Virus record (IMG/VR): IMGVR_UViG_3300020471_000006
Span: 64,001-128,000 of that record
Direction: 5' to 3' (one strand)
DNA from: a virus
Lineage: Duplodnaviria; Caudoviricetes
DNA length: 64,000 nucleotides
The notes beneath the pieces are model-generated. The model was not told where the DNA came from. It searched no databases and worked only from the letters and a program-made list of their open reading frames with translations. A program made the position numbers and the translations under genes. This document shows, piece after piece, positions 55,219 to 64,000 of this stretch (position 1 is its first letter; every line of letters begins with the position of its first letter).

Positions 55219-58200
55219 TAAGACTGATACCTTTGAAGTTCAAAGGCAGAAGATAAACCAGATAGGGTCTGAGTTTGATACGTTTGTGACGAATCAGACG
55301 ACTCTGAACTCTACCTTCATCGAACTGACTGATATATCAGTTACCAAACTGAATGCAGGTACTGCTAACTTAACTTATGATAATACTACTGGTGTACTGA
55401 CATATACTCCACCAGATTTATCAAACTTTATAACATCAATTGGTGATGCTATTCAGGATGCAGACTTCACTACTGCTGGTCTGATGAAGACTGATGGTGC
55501 TGGAAATTATAGTGTAGTAACAGATAACTCTTCTAATTGGATTGCTTTAACAGATCTTTCTGTTACTCAACTTGCAGCAGGTAACAACGGACTTTCATAT
55601 GATAATACAACTGGTGTATTAACATTCACACCACAAGATGTATCTGGATTCTTGTCATTAACAGGTATTTCTGTCAATACTCTTACTGCTGCTTCTGGTG
55701 GAGCATTATCTTATAGCAATACCACTGGTGTATTCTCATATACTCCACCAGATCTATCTGGTTATCTAACATCATTACCAACTCATAGTATTGATGATCA
55801 TGATGATGTTGACACAACTGGAGTAGCAGACGGCAAAATTCTTAAATATGATGCTTCAGCATCTTCATTTGTCATTGCTGATGATGGTGGTGGTACTATC
55901 CCAGATCTTCAAGATGTTTGTGATCAAGATCCAGTAACTACGACAGATATAACAGCAAAAGATTTAATATGTGCTGATGCTGGACTGTTCCAAATTGGAA
56001 CATCACAATATGCAACAATTGGATATAGTAATCTCGGAAAGATTATATATCAAGGTAACAACAGTGGTTTTGATGTAATATCAACCAGTCTTAATTGGAT
56101 TTCTGGATCTACTACAGTAGCTGAATTGTCATCTACTGGATTGAATATTATTGGTACTGTCACTTCTGATGGATCAACTACTGATGGTGATGCTACATTT
56201 AAGGGTGGTACTGCTGATCTTGTTTGGGATAAATCAGATAATTGTCTGTACTTCTATGGTGGTACTACCATAAAAGATGCTAGTGGTGATAAAGGAACAT
56301 TAGGACAGGTATTAGGTGCTAATGGAGCTGCTGGTCTTGATTGGTTAGATTTTGACTTAGATAATCTTGCCAATGTTAATATTACATCTCTACAAGATAC
56401 ACAAACTATTAAATGGGATGCTGCTACTAATAAGTGGGTAAATGCTTCTAGTGCAGGTGGTTCAGGAGGGGAAGGTATTTCATTATCAGATATTTCTGTA
56501 GGTGCTAATGGTGCTGCTACTGGTGGTGGATCACTTTCATATAATGATATAACTGGTGTATTTACATTTAGTCCAGCAGTTGTAGGTAACTTTATTCAAT
56601 TGACAGATATTTCTGTTGGTGCAGAAGGTGCTGCGGCTGGAGATGGTGGTATATCCTATGATGATAGTACAGGTGTACTAACATACTCACCTCCAGATCT
56701 ATCTGGTTATCTAACTGGATATACTGAGACAGCAGATCTTCAGGATGTTACATCCAATGGAGCAACAACGAATGTTGCAACAACTATCTTTACTGGTGGT
56801 ACTGGTGCTGCTCGTTTAGATGTACAAAATGCTGGAGGTTATGCTATCAGTTTAAATGCTGCTTCTGGTGTTGGAATTAATACTGCTGATGGTGTTGGAC
56901 TTTATATTGGTAATATTTCCACTAATGTATGGAGAGCAAAGATTGAAGGATCTACTGGTGATATAACTGGTAACAAATTTGTTAAGACAAGCGGAACATC
57001 ATCACAATTCTTAAAGGCAGATGGTTCTGTTGATAGTAGTACATATCTAACTTCAATAGACATTAGTTCTGAGAACCTCAACGATCTTGCTGACGTTAAT
57101 GCTGGAACCCCTACTGATGGACACGTATTGAAATGGGATGCTGGTACATCTAAATGGATTGCTGCTGCTGACCAAACAGCAACAGGTGGTTCTGGTATAT
57201 CATTAACAGATCTTTCTGTAACCACTAACACAGCAGGTACAGCAGCGTTATCTTACAACACTTCAAATGGTGTGTTCTCATACACTCCTCCTGATCTTTC
57301 TGCTGTAAGTACAGACCTAACAGCATTCTCTGTTGGTTCTAATGCTACTGCTTCAGGTGGTGGTGGACTTGCATACAACAACACAAATGGTGTATTCACA
57401 TATACTCCTCCAGATCTTAGTAGTTACGTAACTGGTCTCTCTATGGGAGAACTTGATGATGTAACTATAACAGGATCACCAGCACTGAATTCAGTATTGA
57501 AATGGAGTGGTACAGCTTGGGTAAATGGAACTGTTGCATCAGGTGGTCTTGATCATGTTGTAGAAGATACTTCTCCACAGTTAGGTGGTAATTTAGATTG
57601 TCAAAGTGCAAATGTAGATTTCTATACTGGTGGTGCTTGTTTCGGTGGAGACAGTGGATCATATGCACCTAGATTGTATATTAGTCATACTACAACATCT
57701 GGTGGTACATCATTTATAGATGATGCTAGTGCTAATGGTTTAAACATCCTATATGGAAGTGGTTCTTTTGGTAAGATCGTATTTAAAAATAGAACAGGAA
57801 GTACTCAATTAACCATTAATGATGCTAATGGTGTCAAAGTTGCATCAAAACTAGACTTGTCTAGTTCTACTATCCATGATGGTACTAACACAGGTACATC
57901 TGGTCAGGTTCTAACTTCTACAGCAACAGGGGTAGCATGGTCAACTGGTCTAACATTAAGTTCACTTTCTGTAGGTAGTGAAGGAACAGCATCTGGTGAT
58001 GGTTCTATTTCATATAATAATACAAACGGTGTATTCACATATACTCCACCAGATTTAAGTGATTTCTTAGATAGTACTTCTGCTCTTGCAGATCTATCTG
58101 ATGTTGTTATTACTGGTTCCCCTCAGTCTGGTCAGGTAATCAAATGGGATAATGCTACTAGTAAGTGGACTAACCAAGCAGATGCAGCAGGTGGAGCAGT

Positions 58201-59644
58201 AGCTGCTGGTTTGGATACACAGGTACAATTTAATGATGGTGGGAATCTTGCAGGTGATTCTGCACTTACGTGGAGTAAATCAAGTGATATATTAACACTT
58301 GATGGTCAACTCAATATTCCATTTGATAGTACCACTACTGGTACTAACCCTGCTATTAAGATTGGAGCTGGTGGTGACTGGGAGGCATTCCATAATGGAT
58401 CTTCTACTTGTCTAAGGAACCAATTTGGAACCTATGCTGTACAGAACGCTGCTGATGGAGGAGAATTACATCTTCAAGCATATGGCAACATAAAGATGTC
58501 ACACATGGCTGGAGTAAATTATGTCTTCTGTAATGAACTTGCTGGTGTTGATTTATTCCATAATGGAACGTGGAAATTAAAAACACATGCCGATGGCATA
58601 GAGATTAATGGTGTAATATTAGATGCTCAAGGTGATAAGGGTAGTTCTGGTCAGGTACTTTCTAGTACTGGTACTTCATTAAATTGGGTTACTCCATCTA
58701 CTAATTTAAGTAATTCTGTTCTTGGAGATCTTCAAGATGTAACTATTGCAGGATCACCTTCATCTAATCAATTCTTAAGATACAATGGTTCTACTTGGAC
58801 TAATGAAACAGTTACTATTGGTACTGGTACTGTTACTCAGGTTACAGGTGGCACAGGATTGAGTGGTACTGTAACAACTACAGGATCATTAAGTCTATCT
58901 TCCAGTGGAGTTTCGTCAGGAACATATGCAACACCATCGTCAATAACTGTTGATACCTATGGTAGAATCACCAGTATTACAGGTGGATCTGGTGGTAGTG
59001 GTTCAGCAGGTGTATACAGAGTCCATCAATCTTCATCATCTGGTACACTGGCTATTAACAGTAATGCTAATGGTTGGTTAGTTATTGTTGTTGGAGGAGG
59101 TGGAGGAGCAGGTGTTGCTCTAGGAACTTCAACTCAAGGTGTTGCTACTGGTGGTGGCGGTGGTGGCGGTGCAGTCATGTGGTTCTATAGTAAAGCAGAA
59201 ATGGGTACTGGATCAATGAGTTGGACTATCGGTTCTGCTGGATCTAGTCCTGCATCTGGTATAAGTAATGGTGGTAATGGAGGTGGTAGCACCTTCAGTA
59301 CAGGGTCAGGAGGAACTGGTCCTTCCCTATCTGCTCAAGGTGGTAATGGTAGTATCTTCCATGGAATAAGCACTGTCTGTGGTGATGGTGGTGGTCCAGG
59401 TAATGGTACTTGGGTTACATATGATGGTGACACTACTTGTGTTATGCGTGGTATGGATGGATCCAATGGTCACGCTGTAGAGGGCAGCAGCACTTGTAAA
59501 GGTGGAAGACCTGGATTCCCAGTATCTCCTGCATCAGGTGGTTCTAACTGGGGTCGTGGTGCTGCTGGTGCTGCTAGTAACAATACTAACTGGGCTCAGG
59601 GTGGCACTGCCATAGAAGGTATATGTACAATTTACGAATTCTAA
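55199..59644 (+). CDS. Modular tail fibre protein
   Basis: N-terminal TDTFEVQRQKIN anchor, repeated modules, Gly-rich C-terminal domain, followed by chaperone gene. Confidence 0.85.
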   Translation: MAAIVVNKTDTFEVQRQKINQIGSEFDTFVTNQTTLNSTFIELTDISVTKLNAGTANLTYDNTTGVLTYTPPDLSNFITSIGDAIQDADFTTAGLMKTDGAGNYSVVTDNSSNWIALTDLSVTQLAAGNNGLSYDNTTGVLTFTPQDVSGFLSLTGISVNTLTAASGGALSYSNTTGVFSYTPPDLSGYLTSLPTHSIDDHDDVDTTGVADGKILKYDASASSFVIADDGGGTIPDLQDVCDQDPVTTTDITAKDLICADAGLFQIGTSQYATIGYSNLGKIIYQGNNSGFDVISTSLNWISGSTTVAELSSTGLNIIGTVTSDGSTTDGDATFKGGTADLVWDKSDNCLYFYGGTTIKDASGDKGTLGQVLGANGAAGLDWLDFDLDNLANVNITSLQDTQTIKWDAATNKWVNASSAGGSGGEGISLSDISVGANGAATGGGSLSYNDITGVFTFSPAVVGNFIQLTDISVGAEGAAAGDGGISYDDSTGVLTYSPPDLSGYLTGYTETADLQDVTSNGATTNVATTIFTGGTGAARLDVQNAGGYAISLNAASGVGINTADGVGLYIGNISTNVWRAKIEGSTGDITGNKFVKTSGTSSQFLKADGSVDSSTYLTSIDISSENLNDLADVNAGTPTDGHVLKWDAGTSKWIAAADQTATGGSGISLTDLSVTTNTAGTAALSYNTSNGVFSYTPPDLSAVSTDLTAFSVGSNATASGGGGLAYNNTNGVFTYTPPDLSSYVTGLSMGELDDVTITGSPALNSVLKWSGTAWVNGTVASGGLDHVVEDTSPQLGGNLDCQSANVDFYTGGACFGGDSGSYAPRLYISHTTTSGGTSFIDDASANGLNILYGSGSFGKIVFKNRTGSTQLTINDANGVKVASKLDLSSSTIHDGTNTGTSGQVLTSTATGVAWSTGLTLSSLSVGSEGTASGDGSISYNNTNGVFTYTPPDLSDFLDSTSALADLSDVVITGSPQSGQVIKWDNATSKWTNQADAAGGAVAAGLDTQVQFNDGGNLAGDSALTWSKSSDILTLDGQLNIPFDSTTTGTNPAIKIGAGGDWEAFHNGSSTCLRNQFGTYAVQNAADGGELHLQAYGNIKMSHMAGVNYVFCNELAGVDLFHNGTWKLKTHADGIEINGVILDAQGDKGSSGQVLSSTGTSLNWVTPSTNLSNSVLGDLQDVTIAGSPSSNQFLRYNGSTWTNETVTIGTGTVTQVTGGTGLSGTVTTTGSLSLSSSGVSSGTYATPSSITVDTYGRITSITGGSGGSGSAGVYRVHQSSSSGTLAINSNANGWLVIVVGGGGGAGVALGTSTQGVATGGGGGGGAVMWFYSKAEMGTGSMSWTIGSAGSSPASGISNGGNGGGSTFSTGSGGTGPSLSAQGGNGSIFHGISTVCGDGGGPGNGTWVTYDGDTTCVMRGMDGSNGHAVEGSSTCKGGRPGFPVSPASGGSNWGRGAAGAASNNTNWAQGGTAIEGICTIYEF
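55318..58810 (+). repeat. Interleaved repeat modules in the tail fibre
   Basis: 8 x L(T/S)-D-(I/L)SV...SY-x3-GV-x-(T/S)Y(T/S)PPDLS, 6 x L-x-DL-x-DV...LKW, 3 x D-x2-G-x-(S/L)GQVL...W. Confidence 0.85.
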
Positions 59645-59645
59645 A

Positions 59646-60059
59646 ATGATTAACGATTTAACAGATCCTAATGCAAAACGATATGCATTAATTGAAGGTG
59701 GGAAGGTAGTCAATATTGTCAAAGCACCTGTTGACTGGCCTGCTCCTGCTGGTCAAACTAAAGTAGAGGTGGAACAACATGCCCTTGTCGATATTGGTGA
59801 TGAGCATGATGGTACTAGTTTCACAACTCAAAAATTAGTTAGAGTTCTAACTGATGAAGAAAAGTTTGAAAATCTAAGAGCAGAAAGAAATGCATTGTTG
59901 AACACAACTGATTGGACACAACAAGGTGATGTGCCAGATGCAATTAAAACTAAGTGGCAAACATATAGACAGGAATTGAGAGATCTTCCTGCCAATACTG
60001 ATATATCAACTACTACTACTGGACTTACTGACGTTGCATGGCCCACAAAGCCAACATAA
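59646..60059 (+). CDS. Tail fibre assembly chaperone
   Basis: YALIEGGKVVNIV...LRAERNALLNTTDWTQQGDVPDAIKTKWQTYRQELRDLP...WPTKP. Confidence 0.85.
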   Translation: MINDLTDPNAKRYALIEGGKVVNIVKAPVDWPAPAGQTKVEVEQHALVDIGDEHDGTSFTTQKLVRVLTDEEKFENLRAERNALLNTTDWTQQGDVPDAIKTKWQTYRQELRDLPANTDISTTTTGLTDVAWPTKPT

Positions 60060-60062
60060 ATA
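60056..60062 (+). promoter_or_regulatory. Candidate late promoter (ATAAATA)
   Basis: Overlaps chaperone stop codon. Confidence 0.55.
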
Positions 60063-60080
60063 ATATTTTAATGATTTGTT

Positions 60081-60296
60081 ATGGAAGCAAGTAAAATAAG
60101 ATCTGAACTCACAAGACAATTAGGTGAGACAGAGACTAAAATCACCACACAGGAAAAGAGTCTTACTGAACTGAAAGAATATAGAATCAAAATTATTGGT
60201 GGGTTGGAAACACTAGATCTTCTGGAATCTCCTGATCCAGATGAACTTGCGGCTAATGGTGGAAAACTACCACCACCAGCAAAGAAGACTAAATAA
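60081..60296 (+). CDS. Small coiled-coil protein
   Basis: 71 aa, heptad pattern, IIGGLETLDLL. Confidence 0.65.
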   Translation: MEASKIRSELTRQLGETETKITTQEKSLTELKEYRIKIIGGLETLDLLESPDPDELAANGGKLPPPAKKTK

Positions 60297-60314
60297 AAGA
60301 AATTCTAGAGTCTA

Positions 60315-60650
60315 ATGGCAGCGATACCTGTAAATATAGTCGTTGACCGTCATGCTAACTATGACGTGACTTTCTTTATTACTAATAAAGATGGTACGCC
60401 ACTCAACATGACAGGATATACTGGTGAAGCAGCTTTTAAAACAAGCTACACTAGTTCTACTAGCGTGTCTGTACCTTTGGTATTTGTCAATCGAACTGCT
60501 GGTGAGATTGGCATATCTATGAATAGTACAGAAACAGGTGCTTTAGACCGTAGAAGATATGTTTATGATATTCTCTTGACTGCTCCAACAGGATACAAGA
60601 CAAGAGTTATTGAAGGATTAGTAGAAGTTAATCCTGGAGTATCATCCTGA
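60315..60650 (+). CDS. Virion-associated Ig-like protein
   Basis: PLNMTGYTGEA...GEIGISM...T..L...RYVYDILL...RVIEGLVEVNPGVS, pattern common in T4-like phage structural regions. Confidence 0.7.
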   Translation: MAAIPVNIVVDRHANYDVTFFITNKDGTPLNMTGYTGEAAFKTSYTSSTSVSVPLVFVNRTAGEIGISMNSTETGALDRRRYVYDILLTAPTGYKTRVIEGLVEVNPGVSS

Positions 60651-61369
60651 TGGCAGAGTATACCGTTAGAGTTGGATCTCAGCAACATAGTGTTGCTCTG
60701 AGAGAGAACCCTGCGTACAACTTGGATGTTAATTATCAAATTCCAACCAAGTCTACACAGTATACAAACCTAATACTTGATGATATATCTGGTGGATTTG
60801 ATGGTGTAGAAGATCAATTCAGTCTTTCTGTTAATGGATCTCCTTATACACCAATAGATGAACAACAATTGTTGATCTCTATTAATGATGTAGTTCTTAA
60901 ACCAAATACAGACTACATTGTTTCTAATGATCAGATTGTTTTTACTACTCCACCTACTGCTGGTCAAAAATTTTCTGGTGTTGCCTTAGTTACTACGGCA
61001 GATTTAACCAGAACTTTGAATTTTGTTATTGATGCTGGATCATTCCCAATGGCAATTGGACCAAAGGGTGATATGGCAATAGATGTTACTGGTACTATCG
61101 AGTCTTGGATTCTAGTAGCAGACATCGCAGGTAATATTGAAATAGATATATTGAAGTGTGCTTATGATGATTATCCTAACTTCACTTCGATAACAGGAAC
61201 AGAAACACCAAAATTAGGTATTCTAAATACCAGTACAGAAATAAAGGCGAAGGATGATAATCTTTCGACTTGGAACACCACAGTTAATGCTGGAGACATT
61301 TTTAGATTCAATGTAAACCATGTCCTGAACATAAGTAAGGCTAGTGTTGCATTGAGGATAAAATTATAA
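60650..61369 (+). CDS. Virion-associated protein sharing a gp7-type repeat
   Basis: LDDISGGFDG...QLLISINDVVLKPNTDYIVSNDQIVFTTPP resembles the gp7 repeats TITLDGVMQEPGSAYAVNGSNITFSSPP. Confidence 0.7.
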   Translation: MAEYTVRVGSQQHSVALRENPAYNLDVNYQIPTKSTQYTNLILDDISGGFDGVEDQFSLSVNGSPYTPIDEQQLLISINDVVLKPNTDYIVSNDQIVFTTPPTAGQKFSGVALVTTADLTRTLNFVIDAGSFPMAIGPKGDMAIDVTGTIESWILVADIAGNIEIDILKCAYDDYPNFTSITGTETPKLGILNTSTEIKAKDDNLSTWNTTVNAGDIFRFNVNHVLNISKASVALRIKL

Positions 61370-61389
61370 ATAATTGGTGGTTATAAATA
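61365..61389 (+). promoter_or_regulatory. Tandem late promoters (TATAAATA x2)
   Basis: TATAAATA at 61365 and 61382; GAGG ribosome site before ATG 61427. Confidence 0.75.
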
Positions 61390-61426
61390 ATCATACATAG
61401 CAACGTAATTAGGACAGAGGAAAACA

Positions 61427-62815
61427 ATGGCACTCTTAGTCACCGACAACGGCGAAATTGATTCTCTAAGGAATCTGCTGAATTATTCACAGAATATCCC
61501 TAGGAACCTTATTCTTAAGTTGTTCACTACAGATACATATCCTGCTGAGAGTGATACTCCCTCTCAAACAAGATATTTCGAACCATATACCGATAACAAT
61601 ACTAACGGTTACGGTTCAGGACCTACTACAGGTTATCCTGGAATCATTAACAATAGAACTGATCAGGATTATGCACAGCAATATGGTATCTTACTGAACG
61701 GTAACCGTTGGGGAATCGAGACTGAACCAACTGCTGTTACAACAACTAATGGTGATGGTACATCTGGAACATACCTAGTTACGGTTGCTTCTAACACAGG
61801 TATTAAAAAGGGTGACTATGTTACTGGTGGATCTGTCGGCACTGGTGCATATGTTGTTGACATTGATGGTACTACACTTAACCTAAGTGTTAAGAACACT
61901 GGTAACTTCACTGCACAACCATTGAGTTTTGGTAGAGGTAGAACAACTGCTTCTTATCCTGAGCAAACATTCACCTTTGATGGTCCTGCTGGTAACGTAT
62001 ACGGTTATTTCCTCTCACGTGCTAACAACATGCCTACAACCATTCATGGTGTGGCTGATGCTGGTACTGCTGCTGCTGGAACACAGATTTCTAAGTCTGG
62101 TGTAAGGGGAACTATCGGTAACAACTATATTACTCTTGCTGCTGTTGCTGCAACTACTGCTTCTACTGGTACTGCTGGTGAGTTCGAAGTTGTTGTTACA
62201 TCTACAACTGGAATTGCTGTTAATCAGCGTGTTACAGGAACTAACGTTGCTCAGGGAGCACGTGTTACTGGAATCGTTGGTACTACAGTTTATCTAAGTA
62301 AGGCAAACGGTGGTGCTGTTAGTGGCGACTTGGTATTCCAAGCAAACGTTGCTGAGGATCTTGCTCTTGGAATGAGAGTTTCTCAGACAACTACACCTAA
62401 CGGTATCGATGCTGCTACAGTTATTACTGGTATCGACTACGAAACAGACGATGCAGATGGAACAGTAACTGTATTCCTCAATAACGTTCTTATTGAGAAC
62501 ATTCAGACTTCTAACGGTAATGACGTTGTTAAGTTTGACTTCAGTAAAGTAACTGCTACAGGTCATGGTCTAGAACCAGGCGACGCAGTTTATATCGATC
62601 AGGGAACAGGTAACACCACAACTACTGCTGGTACTTACATTGTATTTGAGACACCTGATGCAAACACCTTCACGACTACTAAAGCACTTGATGGTACAGG
62701 TTCTGTGACACTCTATGATGCGATATTCTTCGCTGAAAGGTTCACAAATGGTCCTTACGCTATTCAAAACGCTGGTGACCAGATCAAAGTAACTCTGAAC
62801 GTCAGCCTAGACTGA
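61427..62815 (+). CDS. Virion structural protein, probably abundant
   Basis: Strong C/T-ending optimal codon bias, double late promoter, own terminator; T/G/A-rich beta protein. Confidence 0.8.
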   Translation: MALLVTDNGEIDSLRNLLNYSQNIPRNLILKLFTTDTYPAESDTPSQTRYFEPYTDNNTNGYGSGPTTGYPGIINNRTDQDYAQQYGILLNGNRWGIETEPTAVTTTNGDGTSGTYLVTVASNTGIKKGDYVTGGSVGTGAYVVDIDGTTLNLSVKNTGNFTAQPLSFGRGRTTASYPEQTFTFDGPAGNVYGYFLSRANNMPTTIHGVADAGTAAAGTQISKSGVRGTIGNNYITLAAVAATTASTGTAGEFEVVVTSTTGIAVNQRVTGTNVAQGARVTGIVGTTVYLSKANGGAVSGDLVFQANVAEDLALGMRVSQTTTPNGIDAATVITGIDYETDDADGTVTVFLNNVLIENIQTSNGNDVVKFDFSKVTATGHGLEPGDAVYIDQGTGNTTTTAGTYIVFETPDANTFTTTKALDGTGSVTLYDAIFFAERFTNGPYAIQNAGDQIKVTLNVSLD

Positions 62816-62845
62816 TTAATTCAATTGATTTCATTATTATGTGTG

Positions 62846-62874
62846 AGGGGATTCAGTACTGGATCCCCTTTTTA
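62846..62874 (+). terminator. Intrinsic terminator
   Basis: GGGGATTCA-GTAC-TGGATCCCC followed by T-run. Confidence 0.8.
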
Positions 62875-62890
62875 TTTTAGTGGAGGGTAA

Positions 62891-64000
62891 ATGGCAACGC
62901 ACATCTATACAACTGGTATAGACGGACCTTATGGGTCTAGTTTTGCGTTGCGTATTTTTAGTGGCGAGAGACATTCATATTCATGGAATCCTTCATGTGT
63001 TGAGGAGTTTATACAACTCGACTACGGTTTAAATTCATTAGCATTAACACCCACAACCATCATAGATGGTGGATCTATCAACGACGTAGAAGCTGTCGAA
63101 GTAGATGATTGGGGTAGAATAATTTACACAGATACTGTCCGACCTTACGGTTTTGTTAGACCGAAGACTGCTACAACGTGGACAGTTCTACATGCATGGG
63201 TTGGTACAGGTACTGTCTTTGAGATGGTCGGTAGTTACTATCGTCTGTCTGCTCCTTGGATCGTTCAAGGTACGGTACGAGTATCAGGTAGTGCGGTTAC
63301 ACACTGGGTTCCAGACCTCGAATTCGACGGGCTGTTTGGGATCCAGTCCCTCACAACGGAAGCTTTCTCTAAGAAAGAATCTGGTGAAGGTGAACTGTAC
63401 AAGCTTGGTGCTGGTGCAGTTACTAGAAGTATTTCAATTGAGTCCAAAGGACTATTCAGATTCAAGAGTAACGCAGGGGTTTCCTTTAGACCTAACTGGG
63501 TGGGATCAGGTACAGCCCAGATTTCTGGAGAAGTCTCAGGTATTAAGCGTACATTTGGATTTGAGGGTTCAGGTACTCTACCTAATATTAGTAGCGAAGA
63601 TAACAGAAGAACATACGCATATAATAATTCTGCTGTTGTTCCATTCGAATATGAGGACTACGGAACGATTCCGATACAGTCCTATCAAATCATTACTACA
63701 AACCAAGTACTGTCAGGTGTAAGTACTGGTTCTGTAGTACAAATTAATCCTACAATAACTGCAACTGTAGATCCTAGTGGATATCAGATTGCACCTCATT
63801 CGGGTACGTTTACAAACTCGATTGAACATGCTCCAGTGTCTGTTGGTAAGACAACCAACCTTGACTGGGGTCTTCTTAGTATCACTGGTACTCTATATCC
63901 ATACGGTCTCGGTCAAGTCAAGGGTACTGCTAAAGTTAACTTTGTACCTAATTGGATTGGTACTGGTGAAGTTAAAGTATTTGGTAAAGGTAGAGGAAGA
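62891..64000 (+). CDS. Virion structural protein, 3'-truncated by the window (absent from ORF track)
   Basis: GGAGGG upstream, ATG 62891; frame hand-translated without stop for 370 codons (MATHIYTTGIDGPYGSSFALR...VFGKGRGR); recurring W(V/I)G(T/S)G motif. Confidence 0.8.
   Translation, partial: MATHIYTTGIDGPYGSSFALRIFSGERHSYSWNPSCVEEFIQLDYGLNSLALTPTTIIDGGSINDVEAVEVDDWGRIIYTDTVRPYGFVRPKTATTWTVLHAWVGTGTVFEMVGSYYRLSAPWIVQGTVRVSGSAVTHWVPDLEFDGLFGIQSLTTEAFSKKESGEGELYKLGAGAVTRSISIESKGLFRFKSNAGVSFRPNWVGSGTAQISGEVSGIKRTFGFEGSGTLPNISSEDNRRTYAYNNSAVVPFEYEDYGTIPIQSYQIITTNQVLSGVSTGSVVQINPTITATVDPSGYQIAPHSGTFTNSIEHAPVSVGKTTNLDWGLLSITGTLYPYGLGQVKGTAKVNFVPNWIGTGEVKVFGKGRGR

Noticed and set aside
63153-63722. 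189-aa + strand ORF in the track
   Set aside because: Alternative-frame shadow of the real gene starting at 62891, which has a ribosome site and stays open to the window end.

Overview
AT-rich segment of a T4-like marine cyanophage (Kyanoviridae-type myovirus; assignment from gene content and order, not a database search). Every credible gene is on the + strand. Layout: (1) 1-18.3 kb, the 3' part of a giant repeat-rich virion protein, three tandem tail-collar/fibre genes and a fibre chaperone; (2) 18.8-21.2 kb, DNA methyltransferase - ~245-nt highly structured non-coding element - small HNH nuclease - second DNA methyltransferase; (3) 21.2-32.2 kb, an accessory region of ~40 small ORFs organised as promoter cassettes, each headed by an 18-bp palindrome (GACAGTT-N4-AACTGTC) at near-fixed distance from a TATAAT box, containing three 2OG-Fe(II) oxygenases, an origin-like non-coding block with paired TTTTCCACA (DnaA-box-type) motifs, a second candidate small RNA and a DUF3574/SAM-lyase-like gene; (4) 32.4-64 kb, late morphogenesis genes (PAAR gp5.4-like, SET-domain protein, gp25, gp6, gp7, gp8, DUF4815 protein, modular tail fibre plus chaperone, further virion proteins) with TAAATA late promoters. 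Many ORFs under 60 aa absent from the ORF track were translated by hand. Best leads: the structured RNA-HNH pair inside the methyltransferase cassette, the palindrome-promoter cassette system, and the DnaA-box-like origin candidate.
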